A program made the translations under genes and the position numbers. Below, one piece after another: positions 59,777 to 64,000 of a stretch of 64,000 bases of DNA. Within the stretch, counting starts at the first letter, position 1. Each line of letters opens with the position of its first letter. The DNA is taken from assembly GCA_963663475.2 (NCBI GenBank), contig CAXXJV010000002.1, forward strand, positions 288,001 to 352,000, given 5' to 3'. The stretch comes from Candidatus Cloacimonadales bacterium. Lineage in GTDB: Bacteria; Cloacimonadota; Cloacimonadia; Cloacimonadales; JAFGVF01. A model generated the notes under the pieces. It had not been told where the DNA came from, did no database searches, and was given only the letters and a program-made list of their open reading frames with translations.

Positions 59777-61048
59777 ATGAAATCACCGTTAAGTAATTTT
59801 CTTATTATCTGGATTGGTCAGCTTATTTCCAACATAGGCAATGGAATGACAGCTTTTGCACTAGGTATTTATGTTTACCAAAAAAGTGGAAGTTTAGTCA
59901 ATTTCTCCTTTATATTACTATGTCAGTTTTTGCCTGCAATTCTCCTCAGACCTCTTGGAGGAGTCTTTGCTGATAGATACAGTCGCAAATTCATGATAAT
60001 GTTAGGTGATTTAGGTTCTGCTATAGGAGTCTTCTTAATTTTATTTGCAATCACAGGAGGGGAAATAAATTTAGGTAGAATTTATCTAGGACTAGTCATA
60101 TCCTCATGTTTTATAGCTATTCAGAATCCAGCTTACAAGGCAATAATTTCAGATATAGTAGTAGCCAAAGATTTTGCAAGAGTTAGTGGATTAGTTCAAC
60201 TTTCAGCAAGTTCTCAGCATCTTATATCACCTTTATTGGCTGGCTTCATCTTAGCTATAAGTGGTATTAAGGTAATCTTATATATTGATATTTCCTCCTT
60301 TGTCTTTGCTATAGTTAGTTTAGCCTTACTAGGGAAAACAATTACTTCTCAAAGCAGGAAATTAACAAGTAATATTTGGTATGACTTAAGAGAGGGCTGG
60401 AAATATTTATTAGCAAGTAAACTTGTTATTACAATTGTGATTATCATATCTTGGGTGACCTTTTTTGTTGGTATGATCCAGAGTTTGCTTACACCAATGC
60501 TACTAACAATAACAGATGCCAAAAACATAGGAATCATTCAATCCGTAAGTGCTTCAGGTATGTTATTAAGTAGTTTATATATAGGTTTAAAGTCATTTAA
60601 AATTCACTTATCAAAGCTACTTGTTTGGTCAATGTTTTTTGCTGGCATATTAATGTCTCTTTTAGGCATTTTCACAAATTTAATAGTCATTACTCTTCTC
60701 TTCTTTCTCTTTTTTGGGCTACTACCCTTCATTAACACAGGAGCGGAAGTCATTATCAGGCAGAACATAGTCAATGAAGGTCAGGGGAGAGTATGGGGTA
60801 TGATAGGATTTATATCACAGATAGGTTATTTGCTGGCATATTTAGCTTCAGGCTGGTTAGCTGAGGAGGTTTTTAATCCTCTAATGGCAAGCAATAGCAA
60901 ATTTATAGAATATTTAGGAAGTATTACAGATTTTAATCAAGCCCAAGGAATAGCTATAATGTTTCTGTTAGCAGGCTTATTCTGGCTAGGATTAACTATA
61001 ATTAGCAGATTTAGAATTAAGGAAGGGGAAAAGAATGTTAATGTTTAA
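59777..61048 (+). CDS. MFS transporter (DHA3/MefA-like)
   Basis: IWIGQLISNIG, GGVFADRYSRK, QGRVWG; about 12 TM helices. Confidence 0.9.
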   Translation: MKSPLSNFLIIWIGQLISNIGNGMTAFALGIYVYQKSGSLVNFSFILLCQFLPAILLRPLGGVFADRYSRKFMIMLGDLGSAIGVFLILFAITGGEINLGRIYLGLVISSCFIAIQNPAYKAIISDIVVAKDFARVSGLVQLSASSQHLISPLLAGFILAISGIKVILYIDISSFVFAIVSLALLGKTITSQSRKLTSNIWYDLREGWKYLLASKLVITIVIIISWVTFFVGMIQSLLTPMLLTITDAKNIGIIQSVSASGMLLSSLYIGLKSFKIHLSKLLVWSMFFAGILMSLLGIFTNLIVITLLFFLFFGLLPFINTGAEVIIRQNIVNEGQGRVWGMIGFISQIGYLLAYLASGWLAEEVFNPLMASNSKFIEYLGSITDFNQAQGIAIMFLLAGLFWLGLTIISRFRIKEGEKNVNV

Positions 61049-63377
61049 GATGTTAAAGAAAGATTTTCTGCGTAAGCCAAGTATCTTTATAGTAATCTTT
61101 ATTTTTATAACACTATCAGGTTTACTAATGTCTAATGGCGCATCATTGATAGTTCAGTTAACTTCGTCGTTAGATATATTTTTTGCGAAAGCTAAAACAC
61201 CTCACTTTGTTCAAATGCATTCAGGTGCTTTATCTAAGAGTAAGCTAGAGTTTTGGAGCCAAAACAATTCTAAGGTTGAAGAATATCAACTACTGGAGAT
61301 GATATCTATACCTGGAAATAAACTTTTTTGGGGAGACAAACACGAAGTTTTAGAAAATAGTGTTATGGATATCAGTTTTGTTGAACAGAATGAAAAGTTT
61401 GATTATCTTCTAAACTTGAATAATCAGGTGATTAAAGTATCTGCAGGGCAGATTGCTATCCCTATATATTTTAAAGAAAAATTTGCTCTAAAGAAGGGTG
61501 ATAGACTAACTTTACATTCTGAAAATCAGAATATAGACTTTGAAATTGTTTCTTTTATCAGAGATTCACAAATGAATCCAGCAATAATACATTCTAAAAG
61601 ATTTCTAATCAGTAATGAAGACAAAGAAATAGTCAGTAAAATCTTTCCCGAGAAAGAGTATTTGATAGAATATAGATTAAAGAATCTTGCTGATTTAGGA
61701 GATTTTGAAGGAGAATACCAAGCTTCAGGACTGCCTATGAATGGTCCAAGTCTAAATATCAATCTATTCAAACTCTTAAATTCACTTTCAGATGGTATTG
61801 TTGCAGGTCTTGTGATAATATTAAGTCTTTTAATTATGCTAGTAGCCATTCTTTGTCTCAGATTCGTAATTCTATCTTCACTTGAAGAAGATTTACGAGA
61901 AATAGGGGTTATGAAGGCAATAGGATTACCTTTAAGGAGAATTAAAAACATCTATAACTATAAATATCTAGGAATGAGTTATTTAGCCTTGTTAACAGGT
62001 TATGGTCTTTCCTTAATTACCAATGATTTCTTATTAGATAATATCCTCCTTTATACTGGTCAGGTTCCTACAAATTGGCAGACAATCTTTCTACCCTTCC
62101 TTGCTGCAAATCTAATTATTTTCTTCATTGCCTTATCACTCAGAATTATTATCAGAAAGATTGGTAAAATAAGCTCGGTTGAGGCTATAAATATGAGCAG
62201 AAAAAGTGGTAAAGTATCCTCTTTTTCTTTTTTATCACTACAAGCTAATAAGTTGTGGAACTTAGATCTTTTTTTAGCTTTAAGAGAAATTCTAATCAAA
62301 TTTAAACTCTACTGGTTATTACTAGTAATATTTATTTTTGCAGTATTTATTATTCTAGTTCCTTATAACATATACTATACAGTTAGTTCTCCAAATTTTA
62401 TCACCTATATGGGGATAGGTCAAAGTGATCTTCGCATAGATTTACGTAATTCATTAACTGTAAAAGATCAATTTTCTAATCTAGGACAAGCACTTGCTTC
62501 TGATGATGATATTGCTGAATATAGTAAATTGGTTACCAGTAAATATGAACTTATACTTGCCGATGAAAGCAGGGAGAGTGTGGCTATTGAAAGCGGAAAT
62601 AGTAAAGATTTTCCTTTAAGCTATCTTCAAGGCCAGGCCCCAAGTAAAGACTCAGAAATATCACTTTCTTTCTTGAATTCCCAAGAACTTAACAAGGGTC
62701 TTAATGATAGTCTCAGACTTGTCATTAATGACCAAGAAAAGCTTTTAAAAATCACTGGTATTTATCAGGATATAACCAATGGAGGTAAATCTGCTAAAGC
62801 ACTGTTCGATTACGATAGCGAAAATGTCTTATGGTACACAATTTTGCTAAATGTTAAAGCTGGTGTTAATATCCAAGACAAGCTTAAAGAATATAAAACT
62901 CTAGTCCCTTCTGCCCGAGTTACCGATATTTCAGGTTATCTGCAACAAACTTTTGGAAGCACTATAAGAGCTATTAAGCAAGTAGCAATTATTGCAGGCA
63001 TGGCAGGATTATTCATAAGTCTCTTTATCAGTCTTCTCTTCCTTAAAATGATGATTAACAAAGATATGGCATCTCTTGCAATCATGATGAGCCAAGGATT
63101 TAGTAAGAGGTCTATTCAAATGCAATATATCTACAGGACTTTCTTTCTCTTAGTATCTGGCTTATTATTTGGTATTTTATTAACTTATTCTCTGGGACAA
63201 AGAATTATTTCTCTTTTTTCTGCTATGTTAGGAATTGCTAAATTCTCTTTTGAATATAACCCTCTTTTCCTATTTGTTATCCTACCACTTACCCTTATTA
63301 TCGCAGTGGTATTGACCACTATCATAAGTCTTAAATCACTATCAAATGAAAATTTAATAAATAGAATTACCCAATAG
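61035..63377 (+). CDS. ABC transporter permease (FtsX-like, duplicated)
   Basis: REIGVMKAIG and second half SLAIMMSQGF. Confidence 0.88.
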   Translation: MLMFKMLKKDFLRKPSIFIVIFIFITLSGLLMSNGASLIVQLTSSLDIFFAKAKTPHFVQMHSGALSKSKLEFWSQNNSKVEEYQLLEMISIPGNKLFWGDKHEVLENSVMDISFVEQNEKFDYLLNLNNQVIKVSAGQIAIPIYFKEKFALKKGDRLTLHSENQNIDFEIVSFIRDSQMNPAIIHSKRFLISNEDKEIVSKIFPEKEYLIEYRLKNLADLGDFEGEYQASGLPMNGPSLNINLFKLLNSLSDGIVAGLVIILSLLIMLVAILCLRFVILSSLEEDLREIGVMKAIGLPLRRIKNIYNYKYLGMSYLALLTGYGLSLITNDFLLDNILLYTGQVPTNWQTIFLPFLAANLIIFFIALSLRIIIRKIGKISSVEAINMSRKSGKVSSFSFLSLQANKLWNLDLFLALREILIKFKLYWLLLVIFIFAVFIILVPYNIYYTVSSPNFITYMGIGQSDLRIDLRNSLTVKDQFSNLGQALASDDDIAEYSKLVTSKYELILADESRESVAIESGNSKDFPLSYLQGQAPSKDSEISLSFLNSQELNKGLNDSLRLVINDQEKLLKITGIYQDITNGGKSAKALFDYDSENVLWYTILLNVKAGVNIQDKLKEYKTLVPSARVTDISGYLQQTFGSTIRAIKQVAIIAGMAGLFISLFISLLFLKMMINKDMASLAIMMSQGFSKRSIQMQYIYRTFFLLVSGLLFGILLTYSLGQRIISLFSAMLGIAKFSFEYNPLFLFVILPLTLIIAVVLTTIISLKSLSNENLINRITQ

Positions 63378-63385
63378 GAGGAAGT

Positions 63386-64000
63386 ATGAATACTGTTTTA
63401 AGTGCACAAAATCTAAATAAGATTTTTAACCAACATAAAGAAAATGAACTTCACATTCTAAAAGATATAAAGCTTGAATTAAAAGAAGGAGAATTTGTAA
63501 CTATTATGGGACCTTCTGGTTCAGGAAAATCTACCCTACTCTATAATATCAGCGGTATGGATAGACCTTCCTCTGGCAAAGTAGAATTCTTAGGTCAAGA
63601 TATCTCCTTGCTTAAAGAAAAAGAACTAGCTCAGCTTAGACTTACTAAAATGGGCTTTATTTTCCAACATATTAACCTTTTAAAGAATTTGTCTTTATTT
63701 GATAATATCATTCTGACAGCTTATCATGCTGCTAAAAAAAATAGAAAGCTGATTGATCAAAGAGCTAGAGATCTTATGGCTAAAACTGCAATTAGCCACT
63801 TAGCTGACAAGGATTTAACCCAAGCTTCTGGAGGAGAACTTCAACGTGTAGGTATCTGCCGTGCCTTAATAAATAATCCCCAAATTATTTTCGGTGATGA
63901 ACCTACTGGTGCCCTCAACTCTAAATCTACTGAAAATATTATGGATATTCTGATTGATATTAATAAAGAGGGTAAAAGTCTCTTTATTGCCACACATGAT
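63386..64000 (+). CDS. ABC transporter ATP-binding protein (LolD-like), truncated by window end
   Basis: GPSGSGKST, ASGGELQRV, IFGDEPTGALNS. Confidence 0.92.
   Translation, partial: MNTVLSAQNLNKIFNQHKENELHILKDIKLELKEGEFVTIMGPSGSGKSTLLYNISGMDRPSSGKVEFLGQDISLLKEKELAQLRLTKMGFIFQHINLLKNLSLFDNIILTAYHAAKKNRKLIDQRARDLMAKTAISHLADKDLTQASGGELQRVGICRALINNPQIIFGDEPTGALNSKSTENIMDILIDINKEGKSLFIATHD

Overview
Low-GC Gram-negative bacterial chromosome segment. The host is probably Candidatus Cloacimonadota or a related FCB-type lineage; this is inferred from the LpxC-FabZ fusion and a secreted protease with an NYPNPFNP...SGIYFYR C-terminal domain. Host genes on the left are gyrB-gyrA, a prenyltransferase, a PHP phosphatase, MoxR, a K+ channel and a nucleoside kinase. 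Host genes on the right are skp-lpxD-lpxC/fabZ-lpxA, tRNA-Ala, gpx, glsA, an M6 protease, alr, tldD-pmbA and a TetR/MFS/ABC unit. Between them sits an apparently complete 26.9-kb transposable prophage (16099-42979). It is bounded by a perfect 53-bp terminal inverted repeat, arrays of a 16-bp end motif and a 5-bp AAAAC duplication. It carries a MuA-like DDE transposase, but I could not recognise MuB, TerS or Mor/C. The head module is PBSX/P2-style and divergently arranged, and the tail is non-contractile. Unusual details: an internal copy of the end motif, two small genes resembling pieces of the transposase, a MuF-toxin ORF with a probable in-frame immunity part, antisense morons, and more than 10 families of short REP/STRR-like repeats packed between, and sometimes in frame within, phage genes. 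All protein assignments come from motif recognition by eye; no searches were run.
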